A model generated the notes under the pieces. That model made no database searches, was not told the origin of the DNA, and was given only the letters and a program-made list of their open reading frames with translations. DNA of 64,000 bases from Botryllus schlosseri (Eukaryota): NCBI GenBank assembly GCA_051294905.1, contig CM119377.1, forward strand, positions 13,392,001-13,456,000, read 5' to 3'. The position numbers and the translations under genes were made by a program. Of this stretch, positions 1-10,610 are shown in pieces; position 1 is the first letter of the stretch, and each line of letters opens with the position of its first letter.

Positions 1-976
1 AAACTATTTTTTCAAACATTCTGCCTGTGTGTGTTTGACCAGGGTCAGAGAGCATTATGGCAATGTGGCATTTTCTGACCAGTTAAGTGCACAGCTGGTT
101 AGGGTCGGAAAATAGACTTTTGGCTTCTTAATTTTCATGTAAAAAGACTGGGTGTAAGGCCTGCAGAGTGCTCAGGATTCATCTTGAACCATTCTACCAG
201 GCGGTGGATTCATCTTAAACCATTCTACCAATGATAGGACGGCGTCTATACAAATTTCAAAGACTACTCCAAGGGCCGAGGCCTATTCTTACACTCAGTA
301 ATTATTCTATACTTAGTCGTTTTGATATGCCTGTTGCTATCTTTTCATCGTATCGTAGTCTTGTGGTGTATTGATGAAATAAGATTGCTAACAAACCGCA
401 CTGATTATGCCACTGCCGAGACTCGCACTGCAGTTTCCCGAGCATTAATCAACTACGCCAGATAAAAGACAAATTAGAAACTATTCTGGTACCGGTACTT
501 CAAAATGGGGCCATCTACGGTCTGTATTGAGCCGGTTTTGGAGTTGAAAAAGGCTGCTAATCTACAAAAAACTGTTGCCGTCTTGAATAAATTCATGGTT
601 GAGTATTTATACAGTGTTTTTGGTGAAGTAAACGCATTTCTCAGCAGCAGGGACGCAATACCTACAATGTAAGACCGTCCATTGACACCAGTTAACATGT
701 ACCTCAGTGATGAATGAAGGACTGCGCGCCTGTAGTGGTTTGACCATAGATGTGAATGTCTCCCATTGGAACAAGTTTACTCGGTGAGATATTTCATCCC
801 AAATGGCCATTCTACTGATCAGAGCCGAGAGGTTTTAGCAATTATGAATGTAAACTGCTTCAGATGATCTACCTCAGCTAAAACACCACGGATTGGGTTA
901 TCGATTATTCTGCAATTTAGAGGTCTTAGAGGTCCCTTGAGAATCAGTGGACTAGACGAACGAGAAATTTTCCAAC

Positions 977-1098
977 CTTTGCACGACCAGATTTCTTGCT
1001 CGTAGTAGGTTTACCAGAACGGGTCACAGATTTCTTGATTTGTAATGCGTCATTCGCTGTGAATAATGGCGACACGAATTCCTGCGTCTCCCCATCAT
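977..1098 (-). CDS. BARD1: Probable BARD1 exon (DDGETQEFVSPLF...KKSGRAK)
   Basis: ccttgtattttatcag acceptor, phase 1 start, AAG|gttgga donor; the S/T/K-rich composition resembles the linker. Confidence 0.45.
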
Positions 1099-4000
1099 CT
1101 GATAAAATACAAGGATTGCAAAGTTTAAAATCTGCTACACAACATACTTCCGAGAGCCACCGTGGCTCAGTGCCAAGAGAGATACATGCTTGAATTTTCA
1201 AAGTTATCATTAACAGGCGATACTCGGAGACTTGAGTCGGTCAAAGCTTACTACTGGACGTGGAATCGAATCACAGAGGTGCCGGTACTAGATTTTGCGC
1301 AGTCCCAGAACCTTGTTGCAACAATTTTTTGCCTAAATAGTTTTGCCTAAAAACTGAAGTGTGTGAGGCAGAAGTAGTGTCAAATAATAGCTACTTGAGA
1401 AAGTAGAACAAGTACGTACTGGAGTACTCTGTAAAAGTAGAGCGCAAGCAGAAGCAATAATTTCCGAGAAGTAGGCTATTCTAGTCGTAGTTTTGCCTTG
1501 TAAACTGAAAACCGCGAAGTACGAGTAGTCTGCAAAACCTTATTTAGCACTTCTAAAAAGTTAAAGAACTGCTTCACGGACCAGTGGTGCTCAATTTTAC
1601 CTATAAAATCAGTAATTTGCTTATAAATTTTTTTCTGTTCATTTTTAAGAGTAAGTTCTATGGAAGTGAGATAGAAACATGTTGCTTCTGCATCTTTCAA
1701 GCCCAAAACTAGCTTTCTAGTTTAAGAGGTTGTCAAGATGTGGTGAAATTGGCTATTTTCGGCTCGTTCGGTGCAAGTGCACGACCACTAGAGGGTGTAT
1801 GAACCAGTGTTGGGATGACTCGAGTCATGACTTGACTCGAGTCAACTTTTTCGTATGACTTGACTTGACTCGAGTCACTTTGCAAAAATGACTTGACTTG
1901 ACTTGACTCAGCGCTTCAGAAATGTGGATTGACTCGGGACTCGGAGCAAAATTTACGAGTCAATTTCAAGTCATTAAGTATAAGGTGTCGATTAAATCAC
2001 CCTATCTTAAGTATGTTTGGGTTGTTCGCGATACGCCGGTGTCACTTGTGAGAGAAACCAGCCATTCATTGATTGTAGGTTTCAGTGATCCTCCATTGGT
2101 ACATCACAAATAAACTGACCGCAAACGAAACCATCACAGCTGACGTTGTCGTAGTAGCAATAGATTCATCAAATATAAACGTATGTTCGTTTCTTAGACG
2201 GCTCAGTGCTTACATTGTGCACTGCTCAGTGCTCACATTCACCAACACTCTTGTATGATTTAATAAACCGAAGGTATATATAGGTTATGCGTTTATATTC
2301 TCACGGATGTGTTGATGGGTAGTGAATAGTACCATATCAATTTGTTCAACTTCCCGAGGCTTCGTATTCGATCCTCTGTGTTGGCCGATAATAACATACT
2401 GTAGCATGTAGCTATACAGTTAGTCACGTATTTTATTAGCAGTTCTTCGTGTGCGTGAGCGATACATCACCTTTTTGCATGTATATTCATTTTTATTTCA
2501 TTATTTGATTCAAGCTAAACGACCAATTATTCTGTCCTTCATCCAGTTAGTAAAATGTAACGACTTTGCATCATCACTAGTAAAATGTAATGACTTCGCA
2601 TCATCTATCATACTTCGAAAATTCAATTTGACTTGAATTGTGACTTGACTCGAGTCACCTCCAAAAAACGAGTGACTTGACTTCACTCGAGTCACCTTTG
2701 AAAATCGATTGACTTGACTTGAGTCAAAATGTGCAATGACTCGTGACTCGAAGGTAGTGACTTGATCCCAACACTGGTATGAACCCAAAATTATGATAGA
2801 ATTTATTTATTTGCTATTTCGCACCACATATCAAGACACTTTTTTGAAATTCAAAAATTTTCATTTTTCACTCCACCCTAACGGACCACCTCTGATCTAA
2901 CAAAAGGGGTACGCACGCTGCATTGAAGAAGCCAGTCTCCGCGACCCCTCCCCCCTGCCACAATACCAACCTTCACAGATATCGGGAAACGGCCTGGTCT
3001 TGAATTTGAAATATCTGGTCGCTCCTTTCGACTTCTTTGCCTGCGCCGCAGCGTCGTTCTTCCCATCACTCTTATTATCTCGCTTTCCGTCGCCTTTTTT
3101 ACCCACAGACTCGCGTTTGCTTAACGGTGACACGCCCCGTGCCTCACTTTTGCGGGGTCCAAGTTTTCTCCCTTTCTTTTTCAAAATCGCGCTCTTTACT
3201 TTCGATGCGCTAGCCTCGCCGGTATTCGGTGAGCTGAAACTCGCAGACGTTTCGTTACTCGCACTCAGCCCGCCTAGATCACGTTGATTTAACGGCATCA
3301 GCTGATGAGCTTCGACTTCAAACGTGTCAAAATCAGAAGAGCATTCGACGCTGGACGCCTTCAGCTTCCTCATGCTGGCGTCTAGCACGTCGTTAGCAAC
3401 CTTGGCAAGCAACGCCGGGGAGTGCTGCGCCATTTCTGTCGCAGACACATCGCTACTAGCAATGACGCAGTCGTCAAGCTGTGTCTCTATTTCCGATTCG
3501 GAAATCAAAACCCCTTTGCGATAGTCCGGTTTTCCCCCCGTTTCAGCAGACATACTTTCTGGGCAATCACCTACCTCTGCGTTCATACCGACGGATATTT
3601 GCTCTAATACGTCGCCCGCTTGCATGCCATCGATGGGGGTGATTACTCCACGACCGGGACCTGCCGGATTGTTTGACTTTAGGAATTCGTGCAGGGTGTC
3701 TTCAATATCTATTTCAGAGATATTTGACCCGGTGCCTGTCGCTTTCGCGTCTCCTTTCGTGTGTACCGATGTGTCGGTGGTCTCAATAATCTCATCGCTG
3801 TTTTTCAATGTGTTTTGGTCGGTGTCGGTGGTGACGTGGTTTGTTTCTTCTGCATTTTTTGCTGTAGTTTCGTCTGTGTCGGTTGTGGCGTTGTTATCGA
3901 CGTTGTGGGAATTAGGCTGCACAACTGGTAGATCGTTGGTCTTGGTGGCTTTGTCCTGGGCTCTTGTTGGTAATTTCTTCTCTCTTAGGCCTGGGAAGCG

Positions 4001-7000
4001 GGCGGTAGGTTAATCGCCGTATAGCCATAGTCAATTAGCCTAGGTGAAAGGTTTTCAACCATATATTTGCCCCTGGCCCGTTAAATTAGTAAATAAACGA
4101 CACAGGCCTATTAACATTTAATAAAAAACAATTGAATGATACACTCATATTGAAATAAACACGGATATTTCCAGTTGACACTCGTCAGGAATAATCGTCA
4201 GAAACTAGAAGAGAATTGAAAAGAACATACCGACAGTCGTGTACAACAAATTTCAACAACACAATAACTTATTCACACGAAAATTTACTCAGATTGTTGC
4301 TGTATTTTGTCGACAAGACTGCTACTTTGCGTCCAGTCAGTGAGAGTGATCAGTAGGGTAAGATTTTGCAACTTTTGCAACTTTTTTACAGCTTCCTGCA
4401 GCTTCCTAAATACCCGGAAGGTATGTAGGATGCTGTTTTAAGCTGTTTGAAGGAATCTTATAGCGCAACTGTTTGCAACTTTTGTCCATTTTTCCATGCA
4501 ACTTTTTCTGCAATCAACTTTTTACTGGAAATATATGGCAGTATATGTAAATAGATCACTTGATTATGTCACTGTTTTTTGAAAAATTCTTTGTGACATA
4601 CACGCCCAAATTCGAAATCAGCACTGAAGTAACGCTTTAACGGGTATTTCGGGAGCTGAGCCGGAAAGTTGACCTTTTTTTAATATAGGCCTACTTTTAG
4701 TCAACCAATGGAGAACATGGATGGAAAACTGTATTTTGGGAGTGGAACTGGGAAGTTGACCTTTTTTTAGTCAACCAACCAAAATGTGGTCTTTTAGTGC
4801 AACTTTTGTGAAAAATAATTCCAACTTTCCACGGATTTAACTACAACAAAAACTTGCCCTAGTGATCAGCCTATGTGTGCTGTAATGATAAGTCTCTTCC
4901 ATGGCTTGATCTTCATGTTCAAGAGGGATCGAATGCTGAACCGTCACACAACCATGTATTGGTGAAAGTCAGTAATAGCTTTATGGACCTCTTTGTTGAT
5001 TTGTGGATATGATAAGGACACTTGGATTTTTTGAACTTCTAGTTATAAATAAAGTCACACATTACGTTTACAATGTTTACTTATGGATAAATCGACATCG
5101 TAAGACAGCGAGACCCTTCAAAGCGGTTAAGCACCGTCAGCAAATGATGTTGCAAAAGTAACAATAGGTTGAGCTTAACTGCAATTTACCTGTCAAGCTG
5201 ATATGTGTTCACAAATCACAATCGCATGATTTCTGAAATCAATACTGAGCCATGACCAATAGTTTGAAAACCCTTACGCTATGTTAAGAGGCAATTTGGA
5301 ATACGAGTAATGTCAGCTTTGCAGAAAATGCTTGTGCTCCATGAGAAAGCTTCCACATTGCCCATATACAATAATGTTGCGGTATGTGATCATGCAAAAT
5401 CCCGGTCCAATCAGTGATGCTACTGGAGCAGAAGTGATTCCGCCACTAGTAGATATATGAATATGCAAGCACACCAAATACAGACCCTGCGTGAAGTTGA
5501 AAATGAAAGCTTTAGTGAGTAATTAGGGAGCTCATACGAATAAAGTAAGGTTTAAAATCGACTGAATTGGAGGAGCGAGTTGTCTAGAAAACTAACTCAT
5601 TAAGTAATGATTACTGTGTCACGTAAGCCTACTTGAGTTGAGTACATCAATAAAGCATTGATACTTGAGGCTTACATCATTGATCAAAAACACCTTTGAA
5701 GTTGTATAATATGCTTGTGCACATGCCTTAGTTCAGAGGTCTCAAACTCAAATGTGCTCGCGGGCCAATTCTCCAGTTTTGACTTAGCTGCGGGCGGCAG
5801 CATCAACACGGGTATTCCATGTCTTTTAAAGTAGGCCGTATTTGATGGGATGAAATTGTCCTATTCAAAGTGAGCCAATCCAACAGACTGACATTCAACA
5901 CTCATCATAAAAATTTGATTTACTCTTGTATCAATTTAGGCCTGGCATGAAAAAATTATCACATTTATAACTATTTGAATAGAAGTGTTGTTGTATTTGA
6001 TATATGTAATTATAAGATATAGACGCCATATGAGCGGACAAATATATAATGTTATCCTAAAAGCTGTCACGTTATAATCTTGCAGCTACTATGAATATAT
6101 TTTGAATTTAACAGATTGATAATAGGGATTAATCTGCTATCACAACATTTGGTGTTTAGCAGTGCAGCCCAATCCAGGATTCGGGTATACTCCTGATAAG
6201 TGGGATATTAAGCTCATGATCAAATACCTTCGAATATTGGAGCAGAAAAATAACAATATAAATATATTAATGAATGTGTCATAGTTATACAAATTTCGGA
6301 ACACCGAACAACATTGTTACATAGTTGGAGCTTACCACTACGGTATACTCGGTACCTTTAAGTGGCATTATTAACATGGTTTAGCGACCCAAGATGTAAT
6401 TAACAGATTGCCAATGGTTGCCATAACTACTTGCTTAGTTAGCGAATGTTAAGCTGCGACCTTCTGATCTATTACTATTCCCATGACACGCGAGTAGTTT
6501 GTTGCATCCATGGTTCTCACCAAGTCACGGCTTTCCGAGTCCACTCCGGTCATTTTCATTTGGCCATCGAGTCAGCCCGAGTCTGAGTAATTCTGATAAA
6601 GGTCGCGTCCAAGTCTAACTCACAAATTTCAGTCACGAATCGTCTAAGCACAGTACTGTAAACGACCATCGTCTAAGGGTCAGGTTTTATCATCATGAAT
6701 TGAAGATGTGGCAAAATAGGAAATCTCTACTGCATGGTCGCGGATAGTGAAGTTTGATGAATAGTTTTCGGCTACCGGAGCAATGCTGTAAGAGGTAATT
6801 TTCACTTTACAACTTGAAAAGATATATGTGGCACTTAGATGTTGTAAAATTAATGAAAATCTGAAATGTCGTCGCGGGCCGCACGAAGTGCTCTGGCGGC
6901 CCGCATGCGGCCCGCGGGCTCCGTGTTTGAGACCTCTGCCTTAGTTCAATATATTTATACAACTAGCGTTCTACACTACAAAAAATAATTTGTAATTTTG

Positions 7001-10000
7001 GTCTCAAATTTGAGACATTGAGAAGATTTGCTCTCATTTTCAGCAAATGTAGTCTTACTGATGAAATGAAGTCTTAAAATTGAGACTGATTCAGCTTTTC
7101 AAGACCATATTAAATTATAAAGATTATTCGGTCTTAAAATTAAGACTGATCAAACTTTTTAAGACCATATTGAATTGTCAAGATTATTCGGTCTTAAAAT
7201 TAAGACTGATTCAGCTTTATAAGACCATATTCAATTGTCAAGATTATTCGGTCTTAAAATTAGGACTTATCAAACTTTTTAAGACCACATTGAATTATCA
7301 AGATTATTCGGTCTTAAAACTGAGACCAATAAACACTTCTTAAAAGACACATTGTGCTTATTGCGACAGTTTTTGATGTATCAGTTTTTCCGGTCTCGTT
7401 TTTAAGACAAATTTTGCTAATCAAGAAACATCATGGTCCGTGGTCTTATAAATCAGAATGGTAAACTGTCATGAGCCAGGAGCATAAGACGTAATTAGCT
7501 TTCTTTAACAAATTTTGATCCATCAAAGGTCATTGCAAATACAATCTAGCGGTGGCTTGAGAGCGGAGAGCCAAAACGTATTTGGTGGGGCCATGTTTGT
7601 CCATTTCTCGCTGGTCACATGTCACACTTCAAATAAGTTAAATACAGAATGCATTTGCGCCAGAACAAGAATTCGAAGTACTGTACCTTGTCACTTTTCA
7701 CTGACACAATGGTGGTGGCATGTCGCACCCACCACAAATACTATACTCTAATTAAATTATATATTGTTTTGAGGATTGTTTACAAAGTGATAAGTGAAAT
7801 AGACAAGTACAAGGCTGCCAGGCCTTCATAGTCCGAAACCCGGGGATGCGGTCAGATTGGTGGCTCTCTCCCCAGACACAAGTACGGTGGTGGTGGAACA
7901 TGTGAATACCCCAAAGCACTCGTAGTATTTTGATGTAATTTGTCTCTTGATTTTGAGCGACAACGGTCTTATTTTCAAGCAATTTCGGTCTCAATTTTGA
8001 GTCGAAAAATTCTTAAAGTGACTTTTTATAAAAAAAGTCTTATTTACAAGCAATATCGGTCTTAATTTTGAGACGAAAAATTCTTGTTAAGACCGATTAG
8101 TCTTTAACCCTTACGAGGTGGGCGTATCATATATGATATGGCATGTCTCCGACACCGATTTCTCCTTATTGACACGCCCTAGACATCGGGTACTACGTTT
8201 TTTGAAAAGCTGAGAGTTTTCCGATGTATTTGGTACCTTACTCAAAAATTTTGGTTTGTAAAAATAAACAAAAAATTAAAAATAAAATAAAATGTGGTTA
8301 TCACCTATAACTTCCGGATATTTTCCGAGTGGGAAATATTGTCGGAAAATCTGCCAGAACATCAGAAGTCGACATGTACGGTTTTCTGTGTAAATTTTCA
8401 CCGTTTCAAACATCAAAACCTTTTCTGGAGCGTTTTCTGAGGGGGATTTGTAAATTTTGGTCACGCTTCAGTGATTTTCAAGATGTAGGTCAAGTTCAAG
8501 TGGAAATTCAGTCGGCATATGAGTCATGAACATGTTTACTATGCCTGCAAATGGTTGGATATGACAAAAGAAAGCATATCGCGTTGTTTTATGCCATAAA
8601 CCGGACTGCAGCGGCCGATTGAGTCTTGATCATGAACTTGACCTTGATAACCACTCACCTACCACGCCCATTTGTAAATTTTATATGTATTTTCCATTTT
8701 CGATATCTGACGAACCGTGCGGTTTACAATCATGGTTGACGGCTTGTTTGAAACCAGGCAACAGTGGCTAAGCACTGAAGCATCACATTCCTCTCTCTGA
8801 CGCCATCCTGAGGGACAGCCTTGTAAATTGAGAGAGAGAGAGATTTTTTGGGGGAAAATCTTTTTTATTTAAACTTATTAAAAAACCTCACACATGTAAT
8901 GGGGTGTCGATCAAGGGTGGAATCGGTAGAGGGCTATACTCCGCCCACTTGTAAACTGGAACGGCCCAGATTCAAGACCTCGTGGGGTCACGGTGAGAAT
9001 TTGAAAAGTGAAGGTCAATTCTGCAAAATATGGCCCCACCTCGTAAGGGTTAAGATCGATTGGTCTTTGAGACATTTTTTCATAAAAAGTCACTTTAAGA
9101 CAATAAGACCAAAATTGTCTTATTATTTTTTGTAGTGTGGATTCACAAAAGATTCGCATCACACAGTTTAGAGGTCACTTGTCTGGCTCCCTATTATTGA
9201 AAAAATTCTAACAGGCCAATTCAACAGTACTGACCATGCAGAAAATTTTTCATCTCGGTAGATAGTGCTGCAAGAGTAGTAAATGATGAAACAGTTAATT
9301 GATCCTCCTTCCACGCTGGCGCAGCACATATAGGACAAGAGTCTCGCGATCCAATGCAGAAACTGAAAAGCACTCACAAGTTGGGTACAATTCTTGGAAC
9401 TTCAAACCTATTCGATATACGCGTTATTCAATACTATATTATTACTACAATATTATATACTATATTATTACTACAATATTATATACGAGTTATTCAAGAT
9501 TTTATCAACGACTTTGCAAAGCGAATGTAAAATTTCACTTACAATGTTTAGGTACCGTAGTTTGTCTCAGAGTCTCACTAAGGCAGGTAGAACATAGGTA
9601 GGCAATAATGGGACCTAAATTCTGGTTTGCATCTTCAAGAGTACCGTATCTATTAGTCAATTTGGAAAGGCTCGGAATAATATAAACAACACGTTAGCCC
9701 TGTTGGCCATGGACTGGACATGGATACGTGGTCGATAACCACTTTCTTATTTAACATGAATTGTCACTTACCCACAAAACAAGTGATCACAGTTCCACAT
9801 TATCAACGGGTTTTCCACAAATCGGAGGCTGAAGAATCAACGAAAAGAAAGATAAATAATTCGTCTCGGGGCAAGTTAGTTTTCATACTGCTTACGGTAC
9901 CATGAATTGCACGATAATAACTCTTGTATTTCTGATATCGTTTGCAATGCCTCGGTGATGTTTATGCCATGTTCATTGTCCTTGCATGGCGTACGAGCCT

Positions 10001-10013
10001 CTGTAGCAGACAT
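977..10013 (-). CDS. BARD1: BARD1 orthologue (BRCA1-associated RING domain protein 1), 5' part; join complement(10013-9901, 9828-9772, 9362-9235, 3990-2971, 1657-1601, 1098-977); 3' exons (ANK/BRCT) not found in window
   Basis: The spliced translation MSATEARTPCKDNEHGINITEALQTISEIQELLSCNSC-LRFVENPLIMWNCDHLFCG-FCIGSRDSCPICAAPAWKEDQLTVSSFTTLAALSTEMKNFLH gives a C3HC4 RING (C-x2-C-x12-C-x-H-x2-C-x2-C-x6-C-x2-C). It is followed by PAWxxD, matching human BARD1 as I recall it (CSRC...CEHIFCSNC...CPVCYTPAWIQD). All junctions are GT-AG and phase-consistent. Confidence 0.85.
1601..1657 (-). CDS. BARD1: Probable BARD1 small exon (ELTLKNEQKKIYKQITDFIG)
   Basis: tttctatctcacttccatag acceptor, AG|gtaaaa donor, phase 1 to 1, open frame; no recognisable homology. 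Confidence 0.5.
   Translation of the reverse strand, partial: NLLLKMNRKKFISKLLIL
1805..2776. mobile_element. Non-autonomous hAT element (972 bp) with GACTCGAGTC/GACTT subterminal arrays
   Basis: 12-bp TIR CAGTGTTGGGAT / ATCCCAACACTG; perfect 8-bp TSD GTATGAAC at 1797-1804 and 2777-2784; internal ~30-bp tandem duplication near 2548-2608. Confidence 0.95.
2971..3990 (-). CDS. BARD1: BARD1 large linker exon (acidic/Thr-rich then Lys-rich low-complexity region); corresponds to the 341 aa ORF 2897-3922
   Basis: cttcccag|GC CTA acceptor in phase 1 matches exon 3 and is in frame with ORF 2897-3922. Vertebrate BARD1 also has one large linker exon after the RING exons. The 3' boundary (GAA G|gttggt at 2971) is less certain. 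Confidence 0.7.
4351..4864. mobile_element. MITE with CA(G/C)TAGGG termini, apparent 2-bp AT TSD in a TGATCA site, CAACTTT subterminal repeats (CMC/EnSpm-like, uncertain)
   Basis: The left TGATCAGTAGGGTAAGATTTTG and the reverse-complemented right TGATCACTAGGGCAAGTTTTTG match at 19 of 22 positions; many gcaacttt/aagttg motifs lie inside. Confidence 0.7.
5734..6938. mobile_element. Non-autonomous hAT Charlie/Buster-type element (1205 bp)
   Basis: 14-bp perfect TIR CAGAGGTCTCAAAC; perfect TSD CCTTAGTT (nnnTAnnn) at 5726-5733 and 6939-6946; subterminal GCGGGCCGC motifs. Confidence 0.95.
7071..7330. repeat. 60-bp tandem array (~4.3 units) in the left arm of the CACTA element
   Basis: Successive 60-nt lines 7081, 7141, 7201 and 7261 align column by column (aagacca(t/c)at, agattattcg gtcttaaaa). 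Confidence 0.95.
8108..9049. mobile_element. piggyBac-type MITE (942 bp) nested in the CACTA element
   Basis: 15-bp perfect TIR CCCTTACGAGGTGGG; TTAA at 8104-8107 and 9050-9053; CACTA subterminal repeats resume on both sides. Confidence 0.95.
9235..9362 (-). CDS. BARD1: BARD1 coding exon 3 (FCIGSRDSCPICAAPAWKED...KNFLH)
   Basis: cttttcag|T TTC TGC ... CAT G|gtcagt; phase 2 to 1; carries the last RING Cys pairs and the PAW motif. Confidence 0.9.
9772..9828 (-). CDS. BARD1: BARD1 coding exon 2 (57 nt, LRFVENPLIMWNCDHLFCG)
   Basis: ttcttcag|C CTC CGA ... TGT GG|gtaagt; phase 2 to 2; carries the C-x-H-x2-C of the RING. Confidence 0.9.
9901..10013 (-). CDS. BARD1: BARD1 coding exon 1 (ATG, N-terminal helix, first RING Cys pair start)
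   Basis: ATG at 10013-10011; ends TCA TG|gtaccg (phase 2). The downstream 72-nt intron has an actaac branch point and a ttcttcag acceptor. Confidence 0.8.
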
Positions 10014-10204
10014 TTCTTGCGTTGTGTCGGATATTCTCGTAATAACCTATTCAATTCACCGTACTAGTTCTGTTACTTCTGTAACACTTCGCACACGTTT
10101 TACATGCGATTGCGATAATGAACGCGTTCTGTATTTGGTACATAGGGGAATACCCAGTATAGCTACACTTGCCTGAACACTAGGGGGATTTCCTTGACCT
10201 AAAA

Positions 10205-10610
10205 ATGGAAGATTTTGACCTAAAAAATATCAAAATCTTGAAAGTCGACCTGCGCGAGTTGCGCTCGGAACTTGCGGACTTGGTGTCCGGATGTCCTCAC
10301 AACGCCGAGACTTTCGGGCACCTTGAACGTGAGTTGGAGCTCTGGACTGACCGTGCCTCTGATTGCAACCGCCCTCCCGGCCGTAAACGCCCCCCTAGGA
10401 ATAGATACTCGCGCGAAGCACAACGGCGTGCTAAAGTCAATCAATTGAATGGCCAGCGCGAGTATCGGTCTGGGGCAGCACAACACCTACGGTCCGCTTT
10501 CTGGCGCAATCAGAAGGAAACGATCAGACAGATAATCGAGGATGATTCTGGCAGTAAACGGTGCGAGATTCCTGCTGACGTCATTGAGCGGAAATTTCGT
10601 GCTGACGCTG
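10205..10610 (+). mobile_element. Fragment of an RLE-clade non-LTR retrotransposon ORF (NeSL/Utopia/R2-like region just upstream of RT)
   Basis: AAQHLRSAFWRNQKETIRQIIEDDSGSKRCEIPADVIERKF resembles the conserved pre-RT segment of NeSL/Utopia-type proteins as I recall it (Q.LY..N...A.R.I.....C.IP...E.F). No RT or RLE domain follows; repeat-like DNA begins at about 10610. Confidence 0.65.

Larger units (their letters stand above)
6974..9137. mobile_element. CACTA/EnSpm-type non-autonomous element (2164 bp including nested piggyBac)
   Basis: 16-bp perfect TIR CACTACAAAAAATAAT / ATTATTTTTTGTAGTG; AAGAC/GTCTT/GAGAC subterminal motifs in both arms; flanks TA and TG (imperfect 2-bp TSD). Confidence 0.85.

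Noticed and set aside
175-230. 25-bp direct repeat GGATTCATCTT(G/A)AACCATTCTACCA, period 31
   Set aside because: Only two copies with a short spacer; a local duplication, not a CRISPR-like or functional array.
607-810. ORF with IWDEISHRVN, faintly like a Myb/SANT (Harbinger-associated) motif, or a further BARD1 exon
   Set aside because: It lacks the downstream W.xLK motif and the ankyrin GETxLH; the splice phase does not fit exon 1098-977.
5978-5992. CTATTTGAATA resembling part of the Ciona spliced leader
   Set aside because: An 11-nt AT-rich match inside a hAT element, with no donor or Sm site; expected by chance.
7080-7343. 87 aa ORF with repeating LKLRLIxLFKTI
   Set aside because: An artefact of the 60-bp tandem repeat (unit length divisible by 3) inside a transposon arm.
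9550-9650. Exon-like segment YGTLEDANQNLGPIIAYLCSTCL..KH with AG and GTAAGT in BARD1 intron 2
   Set aside because: Inclusion ends in phase 1 and frameshifts exon 3; direct 9772-9362 splicing already gives a perfect RING.
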